A DNA stretch of 63,131 nt, the filler included, from Folioceros fuciformis (taxonomy: Eukaryota), in the NCBI GenBank assembly GCA_049999805.1. It is 8 parts of 8 records of this genome, joined end to end, with 100 filler letters (N's around TTAATTAATTAA, not from the genome) between each part and the next. Parts side by side here need not be neighbours in the genome. Positions count along the whole stretch, not along the records: positions 1 to 16,109 come from JBNGIO010005141.1; positions 16,210 to 30,657 come from JBNGIO010005144.1; 6 more parts are not named here. One strand, given 5' to 3'. Made by a program: the position numbers and the translations under genes. Numbering within the stretch: the first letter of the stretch is position 1; each line of letters opens with the position of its first letter. The notes beneath the pieces were generated by a model. The model ran no database searches, had not been told where the DNA came from, and was given only the letters and a program-made list of their open reading frames with translations. This document shows, piece after piece, positions 10,570 to 22,217 of this stretch.

Positions 10570-13500
10570 TCAGACTTTGCTGCTAAGGAAGTCTTGCGAC
10601 CTCCCAAGTCCCATACTTTGCATATGTCTGTTGTGGAGTTCACGGCCTAGGGCCTTTTTTAAAATATCTGCTGGGTTGTCTGTGGTTGGCACGTAGTCCA
10701 GAGATATTTTTCCTGCTGTGACTTGTTCTCTAATGTAGTGGTACTCAACTTCCACGTGTTTTGTTCGTGAGTGGAAGATTGGATTCTTTGCTAGAGCCAT
10801 GGAACCCTGATTGTTTGTGTAGACTGTGGTACAGGTAGGTAGATCAATTCCCATTTCCTGGAAGAGTAACTTGCACCATACTATCTCCTTTGCTGCTGCT
10901 GTCAAGACCCTGTACTCTGCTTCTGTGCTTGATAGGGCCACAGTAGGTTGTTTCTTAGATGACCAGCATATGGGGCTGCCAGTATAAGAGATCACATATC
11001 CTGATACTGACTTCCTGGTGTCAATGTCTCCTGCATAGTCAGAATCTGTGAAGGTCTCTAGGTCTAGAGTCTTTCCTTCATGGTGCTCATATTTTAAACC
11101 TACGTCAAAGGTTCCTTTCAGATAACGAAACACTCGTTTCAGGCTCTGCCAATGTTCCTGTCCAGGTTGTTCCAGGAACTGTGATAAAACGCTTGTAGCA
11201 TAGGCTACATCGGGCCTTGTCGTGTTTGAGGCATAGATTAGTTTTCCTACGCCTTTCCTGTATGGCACCTTGGCCATTGCATCCTTTTCTGATTCTGTTT
11301 GTGGACACATTGACTTACTCAATTTAATTCCACTAGGTAAAGGTGTCGATGCTGGTTTTGCATCCTTGAGGCCCATTTGCTCTGCGCAATTCATGAGGTA
11401 TCTCGGCTGTGTCAAAGTAATCATTCTCCTTTTTCTGTCTCTTTGAATGTGTATTCCAAGACAACTTCTTAGAGGTCCGAGATTTGTCATCTCAAATTTT
11501 TGAGCTAACAGCTGGTTGAGCTTAGTAATGTAAGCTTCATTGTTGCAGGTGACAATCAAGTCGTCCACATAGACAGCAAGATAGCAGACTACGTCATCTG
11601 ATCTGTAAACGTACAAACTGCCATCTGCTTGACATTTTACAAAACCTAGAACACGCAGCTCCTCATCTAGGACTGCGTTCCATTCCTTAGCTGATTGCTT
11701 GAGCCCATACAGAGTTTTGATTAGCTTGAGGACATGGTCCTCCTTGCCTTTCACTTCATATCCTGGAGGCTGCTGCATATATATCTCTGTGTCTAATTTC
11801 CCATGTAGGAATGCTGTTTTAACATCAAACATTTCTAACTCATAGTCTTTGTGGGCTGCAACAGCACAGAGGATACGAAAAGTTGCCATCTTCACAACTG
11901 GAGCGAAGGTTTCCAGGTAATCTAGTCCTGGTACTTGTGAAAATCCTCGGGCTACGAGTCTAGCTTTATACCTGTCAAAGGTACCATCAGCTTTCACTTT
12001 GAGTTTGAAAATCCATTTACATGAGACCATTTTACGGCCTGGAGGTAACTTGGCTAGCTCCCAAGTTCCATTTTTAATCAAAGAGTCATATTCTGACTGT
12101 ATGGCCTTTTTCCATTCAGCAGCATCAGGTCGACTAAGTGCCTCCTCATATGACTGTGGCTCTATAGGATCCAGCAATAAAGAGGTGACATGTGCTGTCC
12201 GAAAATCATGTGACTGATAAAAATCTGGAGGATGTCTTTCACGCTGTGGGTAGCGTCGTTCAGGTTGAGCAGCAGGGAGTGCTGGCTGCAGAGGTGCCGA
12301 GTTGTCATGAGCTACCTGGTCAGCATCACCAGCTTCAACTTCAGCTACTGCGTCCTCCACATCTGAGTCCACATCAAGAGGTAAAGGATCGAGAGGATGT
12401 GGCTGCAGTACTGGATCAACAGCATCCCCAAAAACTGGTATAACGCGTGCCATGTCAGGTTCAAAATCAGGTGCTGGTGGATCCTCTTGTTCCCCACCTG
12501 CAGGAGCAACATCCTCAGGAAGATCCTCAAAGTATGATACATCCTGTTCAAGATGTTCCCAACTGTCATCCTCGAGAGCATAATTGTCTGAAGCTCCCAC
12601 TGGCCAGAAACGATTTTCATCAAAGGTAACGCTCCTGGAGTAGATGACATGATTGGCTGGCACATCATATAGCTTATATGCCTTGATGCCTTCAGTGTAA
12701 CCTAACATCAGCAATTTCTGGGCTTTGTTAAACAGCTTCTTGCGCTTCTCCCTGGGGACGAAGGCATACGCAACACAACCAAAAGTCCTCAAATGCAGGA
12801 TCTTGGGCTTGTGTCCATAGAAGGCTTCATAGGGAGTCATCCCTTCAACAGCACTAGTAGGCAACCTGTTCCTTAGGTAGACAGAGGTTGTAAGGGCTTC
12901 TGCCCAGTAGGACAGGGGGAGGTGAGCATGATTCAGCAAGGAAGATGTCATCTCCTGCAGAGTAAGATTCATATGCTCAGCCACCCCGTTCTGTTGAGGT
13001 GTGTAAACAACTGTAAGCTGCCTGGCAATTCCTTCATCTGTACAGAAGGTCTGAAAGTCATGTGAGGTAAATTCCCCACCGTTATCTGAACGCAGGGTTT
13101 TCAGCTGCTTCCCTGTCCAGCGTTCTGCAAACTTCAAGTAAGCTTTGAAATGTGAAAAGCATTCACTCTTGGCCTTGAGGATATAGGCACTAACAAAACG
13201 GGTTTTGTCGTCTGTAAAGGTAAGGAAGTATCTCCCACCACCGAGAGAAGGCTTTGACAAGGGGCCACATAAGTCTGTGTGCACCAACTCCAAGACTTCA
13301 GATGCCCTATGAGGAGCTTTATTTCTGAAAGCTGCTTGATGGCGCTTAGCAAGAACACAAGGTTCACAAAGAGGTAAAGGCACTAATTTGCCTATAGGGC
13401 CATCTGTATAGAGATCACTTACGGCTATCTTCTGTAACTTGCTGCTGTGTGGGTGACCTAATCTAGCATGCCACAACTTAGATTTGGCTATCTGTTGTGT

Positions 13501-14912
13501 AGAGGCTTGGGAGTCCTCATGTGTCAGATGGGACTGAACTGCACCTCTGGAGCTGTGAAGACGAAACAGGTCATGTTCTGAAGACCCATAAGCTAAAACC
13601 TTGCTAGGATTAAAAGCATCTATCACCTTACACTCTGTATGTGTGAAAAGTATGTGACTGTTATTGTCTATGTTCAGTCGCCTAACGGAGATGAGATTTC
13701 GTGTCATCTCAGGTACATAATACACGTCTAAGAGTGACAAAATAACTCCAGATGGCACAGGCAGCTGTACTGTTCCTATGCCTGGAGAGACAAGTGATCT
13801 ATTATCACCAAGATAGACGAATTGGTCCTTTACTGACCTGTAAGTCTGAAATGCGTTTCTATCAAAACACATGTGAGCAGTGGCACCTGTGTCTAAGTAC
13901 CACTCTGTCAATTGTTTAGCACTTGTTTTTGCTGACAGACATGTGGGTGCAGGGACAGAGTTTAGATACTGCCCTGTCTCAACCATAAGGGCTGATGGCG
14001 ATGGCTGCTTCTTGACCACAATGTTGGTCTCAGCGTTTCCCTCCTTGCGAGGTAAGCCAGCTTGCTTTTTTCTGCATTCTCGTTCCCAGTGTCCAGGGAT
14101 TTTGCACCAATTGCACACCCCTGGTTTCTTACTCTTCTTCTGCGCAGACTGTGTTGAGTGGCCTCCTTGCGAGCCACCACCTCGGGACGAACTAGATCCA
14201 CGGCCTCTGGAGTATGGCCTTGCGCCACCTCGCCCACGGTTGGATGTAAACAGCGCTTGCTGCTTGCCAGCACGCCTGCCTAGTCCTCCTCTGGTCGCCT
14301 CCTCTTCTAGGAGGGACCCAACAAGCTCTGCGAATGTTAATTCTGGTACCTTAAGACCAGCTGACTTAGCTAGCTTGGCTACCTGCAACTGGGATGCATG
14401 AATGGATGTCACAAAGTGTGACCAGGATGGGGGTAAGGAGAGCAACAAATAGAGTGTTAGCATCTCGTCCTTAATTGTCTCGCAAGTAGCATTTTCTAGC
14501 TTTGAGACTAATGTTCTGAATGTCATGACATGTTTTTCTACAGATTCTCCTTCACGCATCTTGCATTGCTGAAGGTTGCTAAGGGCTGACAGCTGATTTG
14601 CGGAGTTCTTTCCAGCATACAATTCTTCAAGACGACCCCAGATCTCTTCTGCTGTCTTACAGCCAGCAGTTTGTCGCATCATATCTGCTGTGAGGCCGCT
14701 CCTGATGAGGTACATGGTCGTGCCTCCCTTTGCTGTGAAGTTTCTCCTTCTTCTGGCAAGTCTGACCCTGTTGTGGTGTTCCAGAGTTTTCTGCTCTGGA
14801 GTGCGCCTTTCATGCGCATTACCCATATGTCATACTGACGACCGTCGAATCTGTCTTTTTCTTTAAAGCTTTCTCCTCCTCCAACAACTGATGAGGAAGC
14901 TGTGTCTCCCAT
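10570..14912 (-). CDS. Copia C Gag-Pol (gag, PR, IN, RT, RNase H) with one frameshift near 14720
   Basis: True start MGDTASS (14912). Motifs CNWCKIPGHWEREC, YLDTGAT, LVHTDLCGP, LRSDNGGEF, YVDD, STEAEY. Small deletion relative to B gag (AWYIKDEAAM). Confidence 0.95.
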
Positions 14913-14964
14913 TGCGGGAGGTATACAGAGGTGATGAGGCTACTGGCTACTACCAAGGACAGAT

Positions 14965-15698
14965 CTACAGGAGGGCAGCTAGCATGTTGACAGGTCTGAT
15001 AACCTCATGTAAGCTAGCTGATTGTTGTGCCTCCTTTTCTGCTATCTGTTCCTTCCTAATTGTGAACCTACTGTATGTGTAGGTTGCACATGATGGACAG
15101 GAGTTAGGATCATCAAAACGCTGATTTCCACTAGTGCACTTAATTGATCTTGTTGTAAAAGTGCGAGATTCAGGGTTTTGAGCAACTCAGGTTTCAGCAA
15201 AACATGGATTTTGTAATCCAAGTGGTAAAGTTGCTCCCTCAGATCCTGTAAGTCCACACTCACGCCTGCAATGCTTTTGTTCAGATTTACGTAGCGCCTG
15301 TCAACAAACAGGGCATGTAATTCTATTCTGGAAATGATCTGTGAAACTGTGGCTGGTGGTGCAGGCTGAGTTGTTAGGAAACCATTAGGGTTTCCATGCA
15401 CGTCCAGGGCGGGTCTGAGGCGCGGCTCCAGATGATTGGCTTCTGCTGCCTGCTCACGGGGATCAACAAACAGTTGCTGGTAGTCAGGATAGAGGGTAGA
15501 AACCAAGAAATTGTAAGCCTCCCGCAGTCGAGTGCAGTGGGCAGGCCGGTCCTGATTTCTCAACGTCCACTCTTGTGTCTGCCGGTGCAGGCGATCAGCA
15601 ACATTTCTGTCATTTAAGGGTCCCCTGAGAGATCGACTGCGCAGGTTGATGCGCTCAGCAGGTCGAGGCTGCCACATCTGGCCCTCGTTCTGTGCCAT
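14965..15698 (-). CDS. ORF0 of element C, about 244 aa after correcting a 1-nt frameshift in an A-run near 15178
   Basis: The shifted frame continues NPESR...FDDPNSCPSCATYTYSRFTIRKEQIA, matching B ORF0 FDAPNSCPSCSTYAFNRWEIRNQRIS. Confidence 0.8.
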
Positions 15699-16061
15699 CT
15701 GTGATGGCTTGTAATTTGGTTGTAAGAATGCTAATTTTATGCATTCTGTTCATTATTATTTCTCTATTTACATAGTAATTTGCACTATCTAGCAGGTGTT
15801 CTAGTGTAGTTCTATGAGAATTGTTATTGAAAAACAATCTGAATAGAATTGCACTAGAATACAGCTACTAGATCTGCAAATTAACAAATTGTAAATAAGC
15901 AAATAAAGAAACAACCAGAAAACTTAAGTTCTTGATTTTGTTTTTGGTTTCATTTCAAGAAAACATTCTTAAACATAAAACAACCAAAAACGCATGTTTG
16001 TGCGCATCCTAAGGTGCACAATTTTATGTGCATTCTCTAGAATGCAACCTGCATCATCACA

Positions 16062-16073
16062 GCTCTGATACCA
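16062..16073 (-). promoter_or_regulatory. Primer-binding site, tRNA-iMet (element C)
   Basis: TGGTATCAGAGC abutting the LTR CA. Confidence 0.95.
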
Positions 16074-16109
16074 TGACAATTTTATAAGGATAATGCAGAT
16101 TTTATTATT

Positions 16110-16209
16110 NNNNNNNNNNNNNNNNNNNNNNNNNNNNNNNNNNNNNNNNNNNNTTAATTAATTAANNNNNNNNNNNNNNNNNNNNNNNNNNNNNNNNNNN
16201 NNNNNNNNN
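16110..16209. other. Artificial contig spacer (also 30658-30757, 36730-36829, 42456-42555, 48793-48892, 55657-55756, 58857-58956)
   Basis: Identical 100-bp N44-TTAATTAATTAA-N44 six-frame-stop linker, seven times. Confidence 0.99.
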
Positions 16210-17044
16210 GAGCAATAGGGACCCTACCTTCGAAGGGGACATTCTCACCCTACGTAGGGAAGGAACCTCAAGTTGAAGAACAAGTGGATCCCTTCCCTAC
16301 CAAACCTGTAGGTGGTGGTGAAGGGATATCCCAAGAAATCCACGCAGAGGAAGGTACAGTGGAAGTTCGTGGATCCAAAAGAAGACGAATCCCAATTATG
16401 GAGGAGGGCCCAGTAGCTCAACCTTCAGACTCTGCCTCCCTTCAGGAGCCATCCTAGCCACACCTGTTTGAAAAGGGGGTCAATGAATCTTCTATGGCGG
16501 CACCGACAGTCATAATCTTCATCGGTGCGCACTGCCCTAGCAATTATTGGTAGGACTTAGCCTCTTGGTAGGTGTGCGCAGTCAAAGTTGGTGGTGCCTA
16601 GTGTGAGAGAAGGGTAGTCCACCACCTACATGTAGGAGAGGGTTTATGTGTCGATCTCTCCTACAAGGAGGGGCTACACAAAGAAATGAACCACCACATT
16701 CTGCACTCTTCTCATGGCGAGTTCTCATGCTCAGCAGAGCGTAGGAATCTCGTTGCCGGCTATATGCCATCACAACGCCTGGTTGTGGCTAGAGTTGCAG
16801 TGGTCGTAGTGCTTGGCGGAGGGCTCATATTCTTCCATGGGCACCCCTGCAAGTTGCTTCCCTTGTGAATGGTTGTCTTGTTGCTGTAGGTGTGTGGCAA
16901 TACCTGTGTGGCTGTTGGCTTGAGGGTAGACTCCAGGGAAAGACTTCTTGGAAGTTCTTGCTAACAAGCGCAAGCACGCAACAACCAGCCCAAGGAAAAA
17001 CTTGTTGGTCGTTGGACGTAGGGAGATGAGCAGCTGGATCATTG

Positions 17045-17545
17045 TGGAAGGTGTTGTGAGGAGACTTGTGATGAAGGGGTGTTGGGTGTAGGTAGTTAGA
17101 AATTGGTAGGGGAAGGTACTGGGGCCCTTCCAAGTGAAGGAATGGTGCCTTCCTATTGACTAGACGTGTTGAAGGTATGAGCTAGGGAAGGTTGAATGTC
17201 GAAGGTGAGCGATAAACACAGTTGGAGGGAGAGGAGTAGGCTCGGAGGAAAACTTGGTCGTTGGGTGTAGGGAGACGAGTAGCTAGATTGTGGGTTGAGG
17301 AAGGTGTTGTAGGGAGCCTTGTGAGGAAAAGGCATTGAGTGTAGGGAGGTAGAAATCAGTAGGGGAGGTATTGGGGCCCTTCCAAATGAAGGAATGGTGC
17401 CTACCTACTAACTGGACGTGAGGAAGGTGTTGTAGGGCGCCTTGTGAGGAAAAGGTATTGAGGGTAGGGAGGTAGAAATTGATAGGGGAGGTACTTGGGC
17501 CCTTCCAAGTGAAGGAATGGTGCCTACCTACTGATTGGACGTGTT
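17045..17545. repeat. Three diverged direct repeats of about 120 bp
   Basis: GAAGGTGTTGT...GGGCCCTTCCAA[G/A]TGAAGGAATGGTGCCT recurs near 17045, 17300 and 17421. Confidence 0.85.
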
Positions 17546-17720
17546 GCAGGATTGGTAGGTATGTGATTGGGAGGGTTGACTATTGTAGGGGAACGATATA
17601 CGTAGTTGACTAGGCTTAGAGGGAGCGATTGCGGGGAAGCCTACAACGACCATGGGATTGATGTGGCCACAATACATGTGAGCTGGTGCCTGGTAAGGGT
17701 ACCATACCCGCTTGCCCACA

Positions 17721-20700
17721 TGTGGACTCCACATGCTGAACAGGTCCCGGGAAAATGGTAGGATTTCTTTTTTTGGAATCTCTGAGTGAATTCTGTAGCG
17801 AAATGGGTAGAAGATTAGGTTAGATTAGTAGCTAGATTAATGGTGAGTCAATAGGGTCTAGGAGGGTGTGTGGTAGATAGACATGGGCTCCAGTTCCTCA
17901 GGATAAGGTAACAGAGTAACAAGAACCCTAGAACGGGTCATGGGAGGTGAGCCGAGGCTCTCTCTGGCTTATGCTGGTGGAGACGGGGATGAAGGTGCCT
18001 AGGGCCGAGGGTCTGAGAGCAAGCGGTCACGCAGGGAGGGCCTAAGGTTGTGGGAGCATCATATTCAGGAAAAGCTAGCCAGCCAGATGGCCAGGCTAGG
18101 GGGGAGCGTCGACTCAGGGTAAGTAGGCTGGAGGGTAGCCGGATCAGGAATGGGCCGGCTATTCGGCTAGCCACACTGATCGGCTAACTTGACCTGGGCT
18201 GAGCACGAGCTTGGCCGGCGGGATGCAGTCGGAGTCAGGGCGGCGTGAGGTTGGTCGGCTGTGCATGCAGAGCCAGCCAGCTGGGAATGGTTGGGAGCAA
18301 TAGCTGGGTGCAGACGGGTTGGTCGGGTAGTTTGTTGGTGGGCTGGTATCTAGGCGTGGTTGCAGAAGACAGACCTGGCCCGTCAGCAAGCAGTCAGGCA
18401 GCTGCTTGGCGGTTGGCTGGGACGGATCTGGATGGATGGCAGGTTAGAGGCGGGTCAGCTGGTGCTAGGCAGACGGCTTGGCTAATCGGCTAGACAGCAG
18501 CAAGCTTGCAAAGGCCGGCTGTGTGCAGCAGCCAAGCGATTGAGGAGCCGGCGGGCGACCAATAGATCAGGTAGGGTCGGTGGCTGGAGGACCCAGCAGG
18601 CTGGCTAGGGTTGGAATCGAAGGCCGGGCAGTCGGCTGGGGCTGGCGGCTAGCCGGATTCGGACTGGTAGGGTAGGCGGCCAGGCTGATCGGCGGGTAGG
18701 CCGGTTGCAGGTGGATCCAGGTACGCAGGCGCCTGGTCGGATCACCAAGGCAGACGATGCGGGGAAGCAGGTCAGATTGGCAAGATCCGGCCTGCGATTG
18801 GATCAGCCAGGTGGTCGGCAGGCTGGATGGATCGTGGCCAAGCGGATGGCAAGCCGGGCAGACGGGTCCGGCCAGGTAGTCAAGCAGCTACCGGGTGGCT
18901 AGCGGCTGGCTGAGGGGAGTAATGGCCGGGAGGGATCCTGGCGGGTGGCGAGTAGCTGAAATGTTTAGGCAGCAGCCCAGACCGGCCCGGCTGCTAAGAA
19001 GCAGGCAGGCAGCTGGCAGTTGGCCCATCAGAGCAAGGCGGCTGGCGGGCTGCGGGTTGATCCAGACTTGGTAGGCTGGTAGGCCGGAACCCAGCCGCTG
19101 CAGGAGACGCACATCCTAGCAGCTGGCTGGATCGCGGCCGGGCCAACTAGGCAGGCAGACCCAGGCACTAGCCGACCAGGTGGGCAGCCAGAGGCCGATG
19201 GGATCCAGGTCAGGTTGGCGGATCCCGGAAGGCAGGAGGTCGGCTAGCAGGCGGGTTGTGTGGCTGGATCAGCCGACTAGCAACCAAGTCTAGGCGGCTT
19301 GGCACGCGGGCTGATCAGGCTGCACGGGCCAGGGGGACGGGCCGGTCGGATGTGGAGGAGTTGTAGGGCACGGTGCACATGGCTCGTTGGTCGAGGCTAG
19401 GCCAAACAGGGGCTGGTTGTAGGTGGCTTGATCTGGGGAACGCCCACTGGCTGGTAGGCGAATCCAGCAGGCTAGCCAGGACCGGATCCCGAAGCCAGGC
19501 GGGCTGCGGAAGAGCCTAGCCAGCAGCCATCCCAACTCGGCACCAGGTAGGCAGCCCAGCCGGGGCAGCGGGGCCAAATTGGCTTGCAGGCGGTCTGGCG
19601 GGTGGCTGGGCCAATAGCGGCCCGGCTGCTAAGGAGCAGCCCGGTGACCCGGCAGCAAGCAGGCCACCAGTGGCAGCCAGATCCGGGACGTGGCCAGGCA
19701 GGAGGCCGGGGAGGGCAGCCAGGCCAGGCGGGTTGGGGTCTAGCGGGGCAAGGAACCGCCGGGCTACAGCAAGAGTCGGCCAGGCAGGCAGCCAGAGGAG
19801 GCGTGGATTCCGCCAGACGGCTGCAAACAGGCAGCCATGTCTGGCTACAGGCAGGCAGCACTGCAAGCGAGCAGACCCGACCAGCAGCAGGCAGCTTAGC
19901 AGGCGGGCTGCCTGACCAGGCTCGGGAGGAGCAGGCCGCCCTGTGGGCTGGCTGCCTGGCTAGATCCAAGTCGGGCTGGCTAGCAAGCGAGCCCAGGCAT
20001 GTGGGCAGGGTGGTAGGGGGGGCTTGCCATATCCGGCTGGCTTCCCGGCCGGATCTAGCCGGCCAGTAAGCTGGCCCGGCGGCTGGCACGTCCGCCGAGA
20101 AAGGCAGGCGGCCAGAAGCGTAGGCAACGGCCTGGCCGGATCGCCAGGCAAGCTGCGTTGGCGGCAGGATGGCCGGAACCGCAGGTGCAGCAGCCTGGGA
20201 GCCGGATTCGGGCTGAGGTCGACGGGATTTAGCGGGGTGGCCGGGCAGGCGGATCGAAGTAGGAGCCATCTAGGCTGGGGCCGGATTCAGTTGGCCAGGC
20301 AGATCAGAGGGGAGCGCGGGCACCCAAGTGGTCGACGCTCCAAACAGGCAAGTGCTAGGATCAGTTTAGCAAGCTGGCTAGTTGGTGGCGAATCTAAGCC
20401 TGGCCGGATTAATGGGAGTGAGCGGGGCCGGGCTAGCAGGCGAATCAAGGCGGGGGTGGATCGGACCCAGGCGGATTGGATCGTGGCAGGTGAGTAGGCG
20501 GAGTTGATGGCCAGCAGTGAGGCGCTTGATTCGGTGGTTGGACCGGTTTGGCGGCTAGGTGATTGAGGCTCAGAGACTCTTGATAGGTGTGACTGTAGGG
20601 AGGATCGGGGGTGCTAAGGGGCAGGGAGGAGGGATGGAGGCTCGTCGGCCTGTTCTCTCCTGAACGAAACCATTCACATCCTCGTGCCCGAGCCAGAATT

Positions 20701-22049
20701 GGAACCCGGTTGTGCTAAGCACTGGCAAGTGAAGGTGGCTCCAATAGAGGAACTAGCCAAGGGAAGTCGAGGAGGCTGCGGGAAGCTTGATGGTGGTGGA
20801 GCGGGTTGCTAGGATAGTAGCTTGTTGTTAGGGGGAAGCCAATAGGGGTGTTCTGAGTGACACTCCATGGATGACAGGCCTTCTTAACAATGAGGGAATG
20901 GAACATTCCATCTTGTGATCCTACGGCTTGGGGAGAAACAATGGTCAATTTTGAAGAGGTGACCACTATACTGGAAGAAGGGGAGGTCCGAGGGGCTTAA
21001 GGGAGTTAAGGGCAGTTTTGAGAGGCACCGGTGATTGTTTTGAGAGGCACTGGTGATTGTTGGTAGGGGCAACTAAGTGTCCAAGAGGTAGCGGGCAATT
21101 ATGGTTAGGATGAGGTTAGAGTTAGTCTTGGTTTAGGTCGGGGTTGGGATTAGGTTGGATTGATGTTAGGTTAGAGTTAGGGTTAGGATTAGGATAGAGC
21201 TGGTTTAAGTCAGAGTTAGGTTAGGTCAAAGTTAGGGGTGGCTTAGGTCAGAATTAGGGATGGGCTAGGTCGGAGAGAGACTGTCGGTAGTGGACTGAGG
21301 CTAACCTAGTATATAGAGATGGGGTCTTGGGCCGGGGTAGTATAAGAGGCCAGACCAGCCATTGAGGAGGGGGGGGTCTACGGTGCGATTTCCCTTGACC
21401 TTGTGTGCAGAACTCCCGGCCTAGGGTGATGAGCCGGTTTGAGACTAAACCAAGGTCCTGATTCCCCTTGCCACTAGGGGAACGTGGAGGATCTCAAGAC
21501 TGCCAAGATCCGTGTGGCCAAATCTGCAAGGGCTGAATGTTTTGCAGGCTAGCTGAAGTGAAGTGACATGACCGTGAGCCAGGAAGGCTATCTAGCCCTA
21601 GTATCCACACCAGGCTTGAAGACTGCAAGGGGTGAGGCCGTTGTGTCCCAATCTCTGGGGGATAGCTGAAGCAAAGAGAGGGAGACCTGGAGTGAAGTGC
21701 AGTGAAGTGAAGGGTGACTTGCTGAGGTGCAGGAGTGGGTGCTGAAGTGAAGGGTGAGTGACTGAAGTGGAGAAGGGAGGGCTGAAGTGGGAATCATGAA
21801 GAACTAAAGGATTGAAGAGCTAGAGCGTGAGTTTTGGGGGTTGATCTGAAGATAGGCTAGGGTTCTGGCCTTTTTGCTGGTATGTGTGGTCAGGCCTAGA
21901 GGCTGGCGGGTAGGTAGAAGTGTGAGTAGATAGTCGTAGGTGTTCCTTGGCGCTAGTTCACTCCCTTAGGAGCGAATCATAAGGCCGCAACGACAATAAA
22001 GGAAAGTGTGGCTCTTTGGTGGTTCTTGGGTGCAAGAAACCACTCCACA
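17721..22049. mobile_element. Putative 4.3-kb solo LTR (Gypsy-like size), GC-rich
   Basis: Termini TGTGGA...TCCACA flanked by CCACA on both sides (17716-17720, 22050-22054); second copy at 1-2797. Confidence 0.6.
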
Positions 22050-22217
22050 CCACACGTGCGCTGTTGGGGACAGATCTTGGACAAGATGATGGCTCCTGGG
22101 GGTGAGTCACAGCAGGTGGACTTGCCAAGCTTGACTGCAGTGATGGTGTAGGCTCAAGCGGACATGTTGGACCAGGCTGCGAAGGCACTAACCTGGTTGA
22201 GTATGCAGGGGCAGAAA

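Larger units (their letters stand above)
9258..16109 (-). mobile_element. Near full-length Ty1/copia element C
   Basis: 3' LTR 9258-9472, PPT 9473-9481, PBS 16062-16073; visible 5' LTR portion 16074-16109 is identical to 9258-9293. Confidence 0.95.

Noticed and set aside
13880-14401. Antisense ORFs overlapping gag-pol (also 35471-35746, 46813-47202, 53058-53435)
   Set aside because: Shadow frames of the coding strand, unlike the free-standing 3' antisense ORFs.
16110-16209. Recurrent TTAATTAATTAA palindrome within N runs
   Set aside because: Artificial six-frame-stop contig linker with identical 100-bp geometry seven times.
21100-21270. True telomere or interstitial telomeric array
   Set aside because: Degenerate, short and embedded in a repeated LTR-like unit.
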